IMG/VR virus record: IMGVR_UViG_3300035682_001186
Coordinates: 32,001 to 96,000 of that record
From: a virus
Direction: 5' to 3' (one strand)
DNA: 64,000 nt
The notes under the pieces are model-generated. The model did no database searches. It saw only the letters and a list, made by a program, of their open reading frames with translations, and was not told the DNA's origin. The translations under genes were made by a program, and so were the position numbers. Position 1 is the stretch's first letter; every line of letters starts with the position of its first letter. This document shows positions 21,271 through 30,604 of this stretch, in pieces.

Positions 21271-21295
21271 CAAAAAAATAGCGTAATATGTACGC
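21271..21295 (-). terminator. Possible weak terminator
   Basis: GCGTA/TACGC stem followed by TATTTTTTT on the minus strand. Confidence 0.3.
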
Positions 21296-21328
21296 ATTTT
21301 ATGGGTTTTTTAAATATATAGTATAAAT

Positions 21329-21553
21329 TTACAAACCGCCGCTCTCGGCTGGTGGGGCACCATATTGTTTTCTGATGTTTTTTAAATCAATCGCTCGTTC
21401 ATAACTTTGAACTTCGTTCATTTTACGAATCTTGGATATCATACCAAGTGTTAATTTGGTTTTGCGTGACTCACCCCATTCTGGTTGAGATTTATCATCT
21501 TCAACATCTTGATATCCTTGAGGTGCATGTGAGTAAAATTCAAATAGCATCAT
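21329..21553 (-). CDS. Small head-operon protein, 74 aa
   Basis: AAGGA RBS, own GATAAATA; co-oriented within head operon. Confidence 0.7.
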   Translation of the reverse strand: MMLFEFYSHAPQGYQDVEDDKSQPEWGESRKTKLTLGMISKIRKMNEVQSYERAIDLKNIRKQYGAPPAESGGL

Positions 21554-21574
21554 GTTAATTAAAGTCCTTTATGT

Positions 21575-21596
21575 TATTTATCAAATTTGATAAATA
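21575..21596. promoter_or_regulatory. Back-to-back late promoters forming a perfect 22-bp palindrome
   Basis: TATTTATCAAATTTGATAAATA. Confidence 0.7.
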
Positions 21597-21601
21597 CTAT
21601 T

Positions 21602-21655
21602 GTAGTTCGCGGTGATCAGACCCAACTACTCTAATGCTTATTAGGAGCAATCAGC
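21602..21655 (+). promoter_or_regulatory. Structured 5' leader of endonuclease gene
   Basis: GTAGTT/AACTAC stem with inner GGT/ACC; second hairpin CTAAT/ATTAG overlaps the AGGAG RBS. Confidence 0.5.
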
Positions 21656-22357
21656 ATGATTATTTATCTAGTAGTCAAAACTCACAATAAAACCGGTTTA
21701 AAATACTTATGTCAGACAATAAGAGATCCATTTAAATATAAAGGATCAGGAACATATTGGAAACGACATCTTAGAGAACATGGCAATTCTCATTCTACTA
21801 TAGTAATTAAAGAATGTTTAACAAAACAAGAACTCAAAGAATGGGGAATGTATTATAGTAAATTATGGAACATTGTTGATGATGTAGATTCATATAACAA
21901 AAAAACATGGGCCAATTTAAAACCGGAAGAAGGAGACGGTGGAGCGTCTGGAAAATATAGTTCATGTAAAAAACAAGAAGTAAAAAATAAAATTTCTAAA
22001 AGTTTAATAAATCTTGGAAATAATCATCCATCTAGAAATAGAACTTCAGAACAAACAAAAAATTTACGTGACAGAATGAGTGGGAATAATAATTTTGCAA
22101 AGAGAAAAGAAATTAGACAAAAAATATCAGAAAATAATCCAATGAAAAGAGAAGATCAAAAAGATAGACAAAGAGGAAGTAAAAATCCAGCTTATAATTC
22201 TACTCTATTTACTTTTAAACACAAAATTACAAATGAAGTCGTGACATACACATGTCATGATTTCTGTAAAATAATTTTATCAGATAACGATAGACCAAAC
22301 ATTTGCAAATTAATAAAAAACGAAGCAAAATCCGTAAAAGGTTGGATATTAATTTAA
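21656..22357 (+). CDS. Free-standing GIY-YIG/Seg-like homing endonuclease
   Basis: IYLVVKTHNKTGLKYL...YKGSGTYWKRHL...WANLKPEEGDGG; basic NUMOD-like tail; antisense insertion in head operon. Confidence 0.75.
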   Translation: MIIYLVVKTHNKTGLKYLCQTIRDPFKYKGSGTYWKRHLREHGNSHSTIVIKECLTKQELKEWGMYYSKLWNIVDDVDSYNKKTWANLKPEEGDGGASGKYSSCKKQEVKNKISKSLINLGNNHPSRNRTSEQTKNLRDRMSGNNNFAKRKEIRQKISENNPMKREDQKDRQRGSKNPAYNSTLFTFKHKITNEVVTYTCHDFCKIILSDNDRPNICKLIKNEAKSVKGWILI

Positions 22358-22358
22358 A

Positions 22359-24128
22359 TTATACCGGAGGGGGAGTTGCCAATGCACCTGGACTGGCAGT
22401 TTGATCATTAGCACCAACTGGAGCAGTAACTTCTGGAGCTATACCTTCTTCTCCTTCACTATCACTTTCAATATTGTCGGCAGTTTCCAAATCACTATCA
22501 ATATCACCAGTACTAATACCAACACTACGTAAATCAGAACCTTTAGCTTCTTGATCTTCTGGCTCAGATTTCTCTTCTTTCCATAATTTCTGATTTTCTT
22601 TGATTTCTTCTTGACTTAATCCCAAGAATCTTTCCATGGCAAATCTAATACTCATATATGGTAAAGCTGCCATAGTAGTAAATGTCTGAACTCTAGATGT
22701 ATCCAATTCTGATTGACGATAACTAGCAAAGTTTTGTGGTGGAGTAAAGTGAATGTCAAACAATCCACTATCAATATTAAATCCTCTCCAACGCATAAAC
22801 AATTTAAACTCTTCATTGAGTTTTTTGCTCATATAACCTTGTAATCGCTCACAATACTTATTGAATCTAAACTCTTGAATCATAGCGGTACCAACACGAC
22901 CATCACTTAATGGTGTTGGATTATCTTCTGGACCAGTTGGCAAGTAGCTACTTGGAACACGTAAACCACGTGCCAATCTATTATTGAAGTAACGTAAGTC
23001 ATCAATCTCACCCAAGTTTTGTCCACCGGGCATAAGTTCTACACTAGATCCACGACCATCGGCTGTTACTGGGAAGAAATAATCTTCATTTGTTGACAAT
23101 GGATTGTAAGTAGCATCAACAATACTTTGACCACCTTGAATACTTGGAATTCTACGTTGATGAATTTCATCTTTAATACGATTGACAAATGCCATAGCCA
23201 TATTACTTGGCATATTACCAACGTCAATCTTAAAAATTCTACGTTCTGGTGCTCGTTGAACACGATAGATCAGAACCGCATCTTCTAACAATTCTTTTTG
23301 TTTATAAACTTTGAAAATATTTTCTAATACACTTTGACCAAATGGCCAATAGCGATCTAGACCTTCTGTCAATGATAAGTGTACAACATGTTTGGCATCA
23401 ATTGCCATTTCATTAACACCTAAACTAAAACGTGTACCTGTTGTACCATATGGTTCATTTGGTACAGTATATGAATATGGTGCACTATATCCAGCAGTTG
23501 GTGGTTGTGCTTGAAAATCTGTACTGGTCTTTTCTGCTACCGTTAGATTTTGTAAGTTTGGATTGATATCTTTAACTACATATTGTTCTGGTAATTTACC
23601 TGCACTTTCGTTTACAATAACTTTAACTACTTTAGTTGGATCAACCCAAAACAATTTGAATGTTTCTGGATCACGTAGAAATACTTGATCACCATATTTT
23701 ACAGTGTTTCTAAATATTTTGAATGCTCTGACATCCATTTCATTTAATTTACACCATTGTTGTAATTGTTTACCAATCAACTCTACTTCAGTTTGTGTTG
23801 GTTCACCATTAAAGTGTATATCAAATGGAGTTTTGTTATGTTCATTTAACTGTGTAGAAAATTCACTTAAAATATCTAAACATCCATTGATTTCTGGATC
23901 ACAATCCATCATTTCATATTGATTATATCGTTCAATACGATTTGGATGACCAGTATATACTTCTGGTAAACGACTTTGATAGTTTCTAAAGGCAAAATTA
24001 TTATCCCAACCACCTGTTGGTGATTGATTCATACCAGCTCCGCCATTCCAAGAACCTTCGTTACTGTTGGCTCCTGAAATTGGACTTAGTGATCCGTGTT
24101 TATTAGTAAATTTTTTCTTGTATGACAT
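22359..24128 (-). CDS. gp20: Portal protein, T4 gp20-like
   Basis: EDAVLIYRVQRAPERRIFKIDVGNMP, EDYFFP, GGQNLGEIDD; GATAAATA at 24149-24156. Confidence 0.95.
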   Translation of the reverse strand: MSYKKKFTNKHGSLSPISGANSNEGSWNGGAGMNQSPTGGWDNNFAFRNYQSRLPEVYTGHPNRIERYNQYEMMDCDPEINGCLDILSEFSTQLNEHNKTPFDIHFNGEPTQTEVELIGKQLQQWCKLNEMDVRAFKIFRNTVKYGDQVFLRDPETFKLFWVDPTKVVKVIVNESAGKLPEQYVVKDINPNLQNLTVAEKTSTDFQAQPPTAGYSAPYSYTVPNEPYGTTGTRFSLGVNEMAIDAKHVVHLSLTEGLDRYWPFGQSVLENIFKVYKQKELLEDAVLIYRVQRAPERRIFKIDVGNMPSNMAMAFVNRIKDEIHQRRIPSIQGGQSIVDATYNPLSTNEDYFFPVTADGRGSSVELMPGGQNLGEIDDLRYFNNRLARGLRVPSSYLPTGPEDNPTPLSDGRVGTAMIQEFRFNKYCERLQGYMSKKLNEEFKLFMRWRGFNIDSGLFDIHFTPPQNFASYRQSELDTSRVQTFTTMAALPYMSIRFAMERFLGLSQEEIKENQKLWKEEKSEPEDQEAKGSDLRSVGISTGDIDSDLETADNIESDSEGEEGIAPEVTAPVGANDQTASPGALATPPPV

Positions 24129-24158
24129 ATCTCATCTTCAATGTCTAGTATTTATCAA

Positions 24159-26366
24159 TTAAGCCATTGTTGCTTGCATTTTCTTTTTAGTCATTGAGTT
24201 ACTTGATTCTAGTAAATCAATTAAAAGAGCAAATTTATCATTAAGATTCATAGACATATTTTCTATATGTTTATTATCTTGAGTTGCAATATTCAATGAT
24301 CCTGGTAATGATCTTTGAGAAACATTTGTTCCTTTGTCAGATTGATCGGATTCATTTGTATTTTGTACAATTCCACCGGTGTTAGCTGCAAAACCAGTAT
24401 CAGATATTAATTCAGACTGAGGTGTGGCTGAGGGAGATTGCGGTAAATTATTTTTTGGAGCAACAGATGTTGCCGCAACAGTTGGTTTACTTGTTGAGCC
24501 AGTAGATGCACTGGAGTTTGTCGCAGATGATGTTACTGCCGATGCTGCTGTTGGAGCTGCAGGTGATGTTACTGTCGAAGCTACTGCAGTAGATGGAGTT
24601 ATTTGAGTTGTTGATGAAGTTTTTGGTTGAGTTGGATTATTTTTTTGATATTCTTCTATCTGTAATCTAGTTGTTTCATCAAAATCATTTATATTTTTTC
24701 TTTTTTCTTCTATTTCATTGGCATAATTTTTTATTTTTAAATTATGTTCTTGTTTTTTCAATTCTGCTAATTTTTCGTCATACTTTTTTAAAAGTTTTTT
24801 TGATTCATCATCAACTGAAGTGCCCATATTAGTAATCAAAGATTCTAATATATCTTTTTCTGTTGGTGGTTTTAAATTTCTAATTTCTTTTTGAACACTG
24901 TTTAATTCTCGCTGAATTTCCAAAGATTTTGGTCCTCCTTTTCCAACCATCTTAGCTAATTCATCCATAAAATCTTTCATTGTATCGCTCATAACATTCA
25001 TCAATGTTGCAACGGTTTCACTACTAGTAGCTAATTGTTCCATTCTAATACTAGTATCTCTCATGTATGTTTTAGTATCTGCGATTTCAGTATTTAAACC
25101 AGTAGATTCTGCTGCAATCTTTTTATTTTTATCTAATTGTTCCTCATATTGTTGTTTAGTTAATCCATCTTTTTCAGTGATGAATTTTTGCATTTGAGTG
25201 TATACTGCATATAATGGATTATCTGAATTTATTACGCCGACTGTTTTTTCTGCATAAGATACCATTCTTTTATACGTGTCAATCGTTTTTTGAACTGCCT
25301 GAAACTCGTCTATTTTTCCAGATGTTAAATCTTTTGTAAGATTCATCATATCGGTTCCTGCTGCTGCCATCTGACTAAAAAAATCCTTTTCAGCTTGAGT
25401 TCTTCCTATTCCAAAATTAGACAATCCTCCTAAAGTCATTTTTGCTAGTTCTGGACTAGATGCATTTAAAATATGTAAGAAATTTGTTACTGACTTTTTA
25501 ACTGGTTCAGATAAATCTGTTCTTCCTTGTATACCAAATACATATTCAGCACTATCCATTAATTTTTTATTATATTCATCATGTTGTCTGATAGACATTC
25601 CAGTTAAATCTGCTAATGTTTTTAGCTCTAATGCATAATTTTCAGTTATTTTTACAGCATCATCGTCAATTTTAATTTGAGTGCCCTGATATCTTTGTCT
25701 TTGATTTAGTGCACTAATTTGAAATTCTGTAAAATCAGTTGCACTAATTCCTAATCTTTGCATTCGTTTTCTTGTTTCTCTACTATGAATTCCTAAGTCT
25801 TCAAGCTTAGCTCTACCGCCCGCAGCTGAACCTCCAAGTAAAGCGATATCTTTTGAACTTTTAGTGAACAATGTTTCCATTTCTGAAATACTCATTCCTA
25901 ATGAAACTCCAGCTTTTTGCATATCAGTAAAACTAGAAACAACTCCATTCTGACTCATTTTTTCAAATGAAGCATATGCTTTATCCATTGATCTGATCAA
26001 ATGAGCCGCAACAGCGCCAGTTGCTTCGGAAGCTGCTCCAAAAAATGCTCCAATTGGACCAAATATTCCCAAAAAATTTCCCATAGTGCTAGAAACTAAC
26101 TCTACAATTGCCGCTAATGGTTCAAAGCTTGAGCCGCTATTCAATAAACTTTTAGTGAATGTCCCAAACTGAGCAGTTGCGTTTTTGGTAACTCCCTTAA
26201 GTTTTTTAAGCATTTCGGCCGATTCTTCTTCTTCCGCTGCAACTTTTGCAGCATTTGATGTTAAAATCAGATTGGTGTTAGAATTTTTTAATAAAATTTT
26301 ATTAAAACTAGATAACTCACTAATAGTTTGTTCTAATTCTGAATTAAAATTGTCAATTGTGGACAT
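24159..26366 (-). CDS. Tape-measure-like protein 2 (no recognisable enzyme domain)
   Basis: Long helical protein; N-terminal ~500 aa aligns by eye with 26385..29234; S/T/A-rich linker. Confidence 0.55.
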   Translation of the reverse strand: MSTIDNFNSELEQTISELSSFNKILLKNSNTNLILTSNAAKVAAEEEESAEMLKKLKGVTKNATAQFGTFTKSLLNSGSSFEPLAAIVELVSSTMGNFLGIFGPIGAFFGAASEATGAVAAHLIRSMDKAYASFEKMSQNGVVSSFTDMQKAGVSLGMSISEMETLFTKSSKDIALLGGSAAGGRAKLEDLGIHSRETRKRMQRLGISATDFTEFQISALNQRQRYQGTQIKIDDDAVKITENYALELKTLADLTGMSIRQHDEYNKKLMDSAEYVFGIQGRTDLSEPVKKSVTNFLHILNASSPELAKMTLGGLSNFGIGRTQAEKDFFSQMAAAGTDMMNLTKDLTSGKIDEFQAVQKTIDTYKRMVSYAEKTVGVINSDNPLYAVYTQMQKFITEKDGLTKQQYEEQLDKNKKIAAESTGLNTEIADTKTYMRDTSIRMEQLATSSETVATLMNVMSDTMKDFMDELAKMVGKGGPKSLEIQRELNSVQKEIRNLKPPTEKDILESLITNMGTSVDDESKKLLKKYDEKLAELKKQEHNLKIKNYANEIEEKRKNINDFDETTRLQIEEYQKNNPTQPKTSSTTQITPSTAVASTVTSPAAPTAASAVTSSATNSSASTGSTSKPTVAATSVAPKNNLPQSPSATPQSELISDTGFAANTGGIVQNTNESDQSDKGTNVSQRSLPGSLNIATQDNKHIENMSMNLNDKFALLIDLLESSNSMTKKKMQATMA

Positions 26367-26384
26367 ATTATTTTCTCATAAAGA

Positions 26385-29234
26385 TTAAGAGGATTTCATT
26401 CTTTCTTGTAATGATATTTTATCATTCATTAAATTTATCATTTCATCAACGTTTGAGTCAATCATACTAATTAAATTAGCTAATAATTTGTCAGATTGTT
26501 TTTGTTTTTTACCATAAAACATATTACTATTACCATCATTATCAGGTATAATCATCATTCGTTCACGACCATGTAATTCAATTAGATACCCAGTACTTGG
26601 ACCATCAAATATACCACCAGTTCTGGCGGTTACTTCTGCATGTATGTGACCGCCAGTCGCTTGGCTAGATGGGTCATTATATTCATCTATTGCTTTTGAA
26701 GCACCTGAATTTTTTAAGAAATCAGTTATTTCTTTACTCATTGCTTTTGATATTTTTCCTCCTCTTGGTACTCCCTGTAAGGTGTAATCAAATGCCAATC
26801 CATCTTTATGTGCTGTAGTGCCTCGTTTCATTGTATCATTGAATGCGCTAAATGTTCCACCAGGATACATATTTTGAAATTTTCTGGCAAGAGCAATTAT
26901 GTTGTTACTCGCTGATCCACCGGCAATTGCTTCTCCTGGATATTTACCACCTATATTCAATCCTTGATAGTCTTTTGAGTTGGCAGCCTGACCATTCTGA
27001 TTATTTTCGTTTTCTTTTGAAATTGCGCTAGAATATATTGAACTTAATTTTTTAGCATAATCTGGATCAGTTGCATATCCAGATTTACCCTGAGCAGCTA
27101 TAGCCTCTGATGCAGTTTTTGCCGCCACCACATCTTTATATCTGGAGTTTGAAGTAAGTAATCTTACATAATCTGCTGCAGATTCATTCATATTACTATA
27201 AGTCATAAATGGCTGGTTTATAGTTACCATTTTACCATTAATAAATTCTTGAGTAGATTGAGAATTCTTTCTTTTTCCACTAAAATCTTTTATACCAAAA
27301 TAGTTATTTCCACCACCTAAACTCTTACCATATCCTGTTTCTAAAGCTGATTGTGTTGCTCCCAACATTGCAATAGCTTCAGGATTTGGAACTCCAGCTT
27401 TTTTTGCTTCTGAATATATTGCAGTATATATATTTTGAAAAAATTCTTTTTGAGGACCCTTAAATGACGGTGATCCGCCAGATTGAGATGAGGATGATGA
27501 ATTAGGTCGCGATCTTTCCGCCTCGGTTTTATATCCTTTTAGTATTTCAAGTTCTAATTTTTTTGCAGCAAGTTCTTTTTCTCTTTTTTCCAAATTTCTA
27601 AGATTAATATTTTCTAATATAATTAAATTTTTAGTATCTTCTATTTCTTTTTTATCAGATTTGTCTACAAAATAACCGCTTTTTCCAGCTGCTTTTCTAG
27701 CATTTATTTTTTCTTGAGCTTTAATTTGTCTTTTATTATATTCAGCCAACTCGGTAATTGAATCTGTTATTTTGTCTCGTACATTATCTTGATCTTCCAT
27801 TACAATTAAAAGTTCAGGTATATTTTTTCCAACTTGATTAAAAACCCCTTTGATTAATGAATTCATTGCCTTAGATATTAATCTCATTGATTTAGTAACC
27901 AATGGAATACTCATTGACAATCTTTGAATTGTCAAATTGTTGTCACCCATGTCAATTCTAGCTCTAGCTAAAGCTTCATCTGTTGTGGTTGGTGGTTTAG
28001 TTTTACCCGCCTGAATCATATCTTCTATATCTTTTTGATTTAATTTGGCAAATTGAGCACCTTTACGTAGTTCAACTGCAACTTTACTATCTAGTGTATC
28101 ACCGGCCATCATTGCTTGATTCCCTATAACCTGTACATTTTTTACATTGGTTCTTTTCATGGTATCTACTACATTATTAACTTGACCCAATGGGGAATTA
28201 ATATGTTTTTGTAAATCTGCTAGAATATCTATGCCAAGTCTACCATAGTGTTGTCTGACAACATCAGCCTCATCTGATGTTGCAATGACTCCTTGTTTAA
28301 GACCAACCATTAAATCTCTAATACCTTTTTCAGTGATTGGTCCAAATGCAAATTTAGTTACTTCAAGTAATTTGTTATCTGCTAGATTTTGTTCTATAGT
28401 TCGTTTTCCTACAAATATTCTATAACTAGCCTCTTCTTGTCTGGCATCAATTTCTTTTTGAACTTCTTCTCTTCGTTCACCAGTCATTATACTTATATCA
28501 GTAATATTGTTTAAATATTGTTTAAATCTTTCAATATGTTTTGCATCAAATTTTTGTCGTTCTCCGGTAATTTTTCTTTCATAATCCATATACTTTATCT
28601 GACTTGCAGCTAATTCTTTAGTCGTAATTCCAAGTAATTGAAAATCTACTCGTGAAGTTAATAATGATCCTGATAATTTTTTAAATTCTTGAATCCCGTT
28701 AAATGCAGTACCACTCCAAGAAGATAATATTTGACCTTGTCCTTCAAGAAGTTCAGATAAATCATTTATTGTAATCATTGTAGATGATGATATATCATCT
28801 ATTTCATCAAAACTACTTACTAAACCACTTTGACTAAGTTTTTCAAATCCAGTATATGTTTTCTCAAATGTTTCAATAGTTGTATTGGCAACTTTTCCCG
28901 CAAGTTTAATTGCCTGACCAACAGCTTTACCAACACTACCAAATTTACTAGCCATACCACTAGCTAGTGATGTTAGTAATGTTATTGTTTTTGTTAACGG
29001 ACCAAAACTACTAGAACCAGTAGTTAAACTTTTTCCAATACCAATTAACTCTTGTCCAAATTTCTCTCCAGAATCAATTAATTTCGCTAATTTTTTCTCT
29101 TGATCTTTTTCTTCATTGATTAGTTTTTGTTGACCACGTTCATAACTTGTCATTCCAGCAGTATTCAAACGAAGTATATCGTTGAAAGACTTTAAATTAT
29201 CAATATTGATGTTATCTAAATTATTATTGGCCAT
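26385..29234 (-). CDS. Tape-measure-like protein 1 with GH73 glucosaminidase and M15-like peptidase domains
   Basis: QSALETGYG...NNYFGIK...GYATDPDY (GH73/FlgJ type); AHKDGLAFD...GHIHAE (M15-type Zn ligands). Confidence 0.7.
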   Translation of the reverse strand: MANNNLDNINIDNLKSFNDILRLNTAGMTSYERGQQKLINEEKDQEKKLAKLIDSGEKFGQELIGIGKSLTTGSSSFGPLTKTITLLTSLASGMASKFGSVGKAVGQAIKLAGKVANTTIETFEKTYTGFEKLSQSGLVSSFDEIDDISSSTMITINDLSELLEGQGQILSSWSGTAFNGIQEFKKLSGSLLTSRVDFQLLGITTKELAASQIKYMDYERKITGERQKFDAKHIERFKQYLNNITDISIMTGERREEVQKEIDARQEEASYRIFVGKRTIEQNLADNKLLEVTKFAFGPITEKGIRDLMVGLKQGVIATSDEADVVRQHYGRLGIDILADLQKHINSPLGQVNNVVDTMKRTNVKNVQVIGNQAMMAGDTLDSKVAVELRKGAQFAKLNQKDIEDMIQAGKTKPPTTTDEALARARIDMGDNNLTIQRLSMSIPLVTKSMRLISKAMNSLIKGVFNQVGKNIPELLIVMEDQDNVRDKITDSITELAEYNKRQIKAQEKINARKAAGKSGYFVDKSDKKEIEDTKNLIILENINLRNLEKREKELAAKKLELEILKGYKTEAERSRPNSSSSSQSGGSPSFKGPQKEFFQNIYTAIYSEAKKAGVPNPEAIAMLGATQSALETGYGKSLGGGNNYFGIKDFSGKRKNSQSTQEFINGKMVTINQPFMTYSNMNESAADYVRLLTSNSRYKDVVAAKTASEAIAAQGKSGYATDPDYAKKLSSIYSSAISKENENNQNGQAANSKDYQGLNIGGKYPGEAIAGGSASNNIIALARKFQNMYPGGTFSAFNDTMKRGTTAHKDGLAFDYTLQGVPRGGKISKAMSKEITDFLKNSGASKAIDEYNDPSSQATGGHIHAEVTARTGGIFDGPSTGYLIELHGRERMMIIPDNDGNSNMFYGKKQKQSDKLLANLISMIDSNVDEMINLMNDKISLQERMKSS

Positions 29235-29314
29235 TTTTGCTCACTAAATAGTGTCTGAATCAGTGCACTTATAAGTATTTATTCTACTATTTTTATCGTT
29301 AAAAAGGAACCAAA

Positions 29315-30139
29315 ATGTTAGCCAATAACCCATTAAAACAGTATTTTCGCCGCCCATGTTTATATTTCAAACTTCCAAGTGAAGGGAAATATTATTTGCC
29401 AGGAGTTGTAGATATTCCGATAAATGGAGAATTGCCTGTTTATCCAATGACCGCTATTGATGAAATGACTATTAGAACACCAGATGGATTATTTAATGGT
29501 GCGGCTGTTATTGAATTGATTAAAAGTTGTATTCCAAATGTGTTAGATCCATGGAAATTAAATAACGTTGACTTAGATGCCGTACTAATAGCTATTAGAG
29601 CCGCTGCAAATAATGGTAAAATGTCTATAGATTCAGAATGTCCATCATGTAATGAAAAAACTGAATATGATATTGATTTGATGCCAATGTTGGCAGATAT
29701 GAAAGATGTAAACTACAATCAAGTATTAAAAATTAGAGAATTAGAAATAAAATTTAAACCATTAACATTTGAAGATACCAATAAAAATGGATTAGATCAA
29801 ATGGATATTCAAAGAGCATTAATGAATTTGGATTCTTATTCAGATGAAGAAAAACAAATTGCAATGAATAATACACTTAAAAAATTAAATGATATGGTTA
29901 TAAAAGTTATATCTGATACCATTGATTATATTAGAACTCCAGAATTAACAGTTACAGAAAAAGAATATATTATTGAATTTTTAAATAACTGTGATAGAGA
30001 AACTAATAACACAATTAAAGATTATAGTATAAAATTACGAGAGGCAAGTGAACTTAAACCAATTAATGTTCATTGTCCTCAATGTCAACATGAATATCAA
30101 CAAAAAATTGTATTAAATGTTACGGATTTTTTCGCCTAA
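29315..30139 (+). CDS. gp26: Baseplate hub assembly protein/tail assembly chaperone, T4 gp26-like
   Basis: LPSEGKYY, PMTAIDE, DLDAVLIAIRAA, two CPxC motifs, ends DFFA. Confidence 0.8.
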   Translation: MLANNPLKQYFRRPCLYFKLPSEGKYYLPGVVDIPINGELPVYPMTAIDEMTIRTPDGLFNGAAVIELIKSCIPNVLDPWKLNNVDLDAVLIAIRAAANNGKMSIDSECPSCNEKTEYDIDLMPMLADMKDVNYNQVLKIRELEIKFKPLTFEDTNKNGLDQMDIQRALMNLDSYSDEEKQIAMNNTLKKLNDMVIKVISDTIDYIRTPELTVTEKEYIIEFLNNCDRETNNTIKDYSIKLREASELKPINVHCPQCQHEYQQKIVLNVTDFFA

Positions 30140-30175
30140 GGCTTCTTAATCTTAATCCTGACGAGATTAGGAAGC
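30127..30175 (+). promoter_or_regulatory. Programmed -1 ribosomal frameshift signal
   Basis: In-frame T_TTT_TTC (30127-30133), 7-nt spacer, 11-bp stem GCTTCTTAATC/GATTAGGAAGC (30141-30151/30165-30175). Confidence 0.7.
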
Positions 30176-30363
30176 TGACAGATGATATGGAAAAGGAACG
30201 TTGGAATATATCCTTCAATGCACAAAAATTGGCTTGGTATATGCGAGGTGGCATTGATTACGTTGATATCTTAAATATGAGTCATATGGAAATTGACAAT
30301 CTAAATGTTATCATTGATGAACATATGGAAACTACTAAGAAAACTAAATTACCATTCTTTTAA
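30130..30363 (+). CDS. gp51-like ORF; -1 frame extension of the gp26-like gene (internal ATG at 30187 gives 58 aa)
   Basis: Not in ORF track; open frame FRLRLLNLNPDEIRKLTDDMEKERWN...WYMRGGIDY...TKLPFF*. Confidence 0.75.
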   Translation, partial: FRLRLLNLNPDEIRKLTDDMEKERWNISFNAQKLAWYMRGGIDYVDILNMSHMEIDNLNVIIDEHMETTKKTKLPFF

Positions 30364-30370
30364 TACAAAT

Positions 30371-30550
30371 GGATGAACTAGTTCATCCGCCAGTGACCTA
30401 TCGGTACACTGGCATTTTCTTTTATGTCTTTGAAATTATATACGTAAAAGATGTTTTGTGTCACTGCTAGCGAGTGATAACGAGCGATGTGACACAATAC
30501 GGGTTGTTGAGCGTAGCGATACAACCCATTACTTAGATATCTATATAAGT
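30371..30550. other. Hairpin cluster with AGCG(A) loop motifs; candidate replication origin/priming site, includes a possible terminator
   Basis: 18-bp perfect palindrome 30371-30388; stems 30389-30413, 30456-30497, 30501-30527. Confidence 0.45.
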
Positions 30551-30604
30551 AAAATTATTTAACTCACTGAATAAATTACAATCACCCCCCTCTTTTTCTT
30601 CTAT

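Noticed and set aside
17396-24128. Introns or inteins in head genes
   Set aside because: gp20, gp21, gp22 and gp23 are uninterrupted; the endonucleases are intergenic and no group I core was recognised
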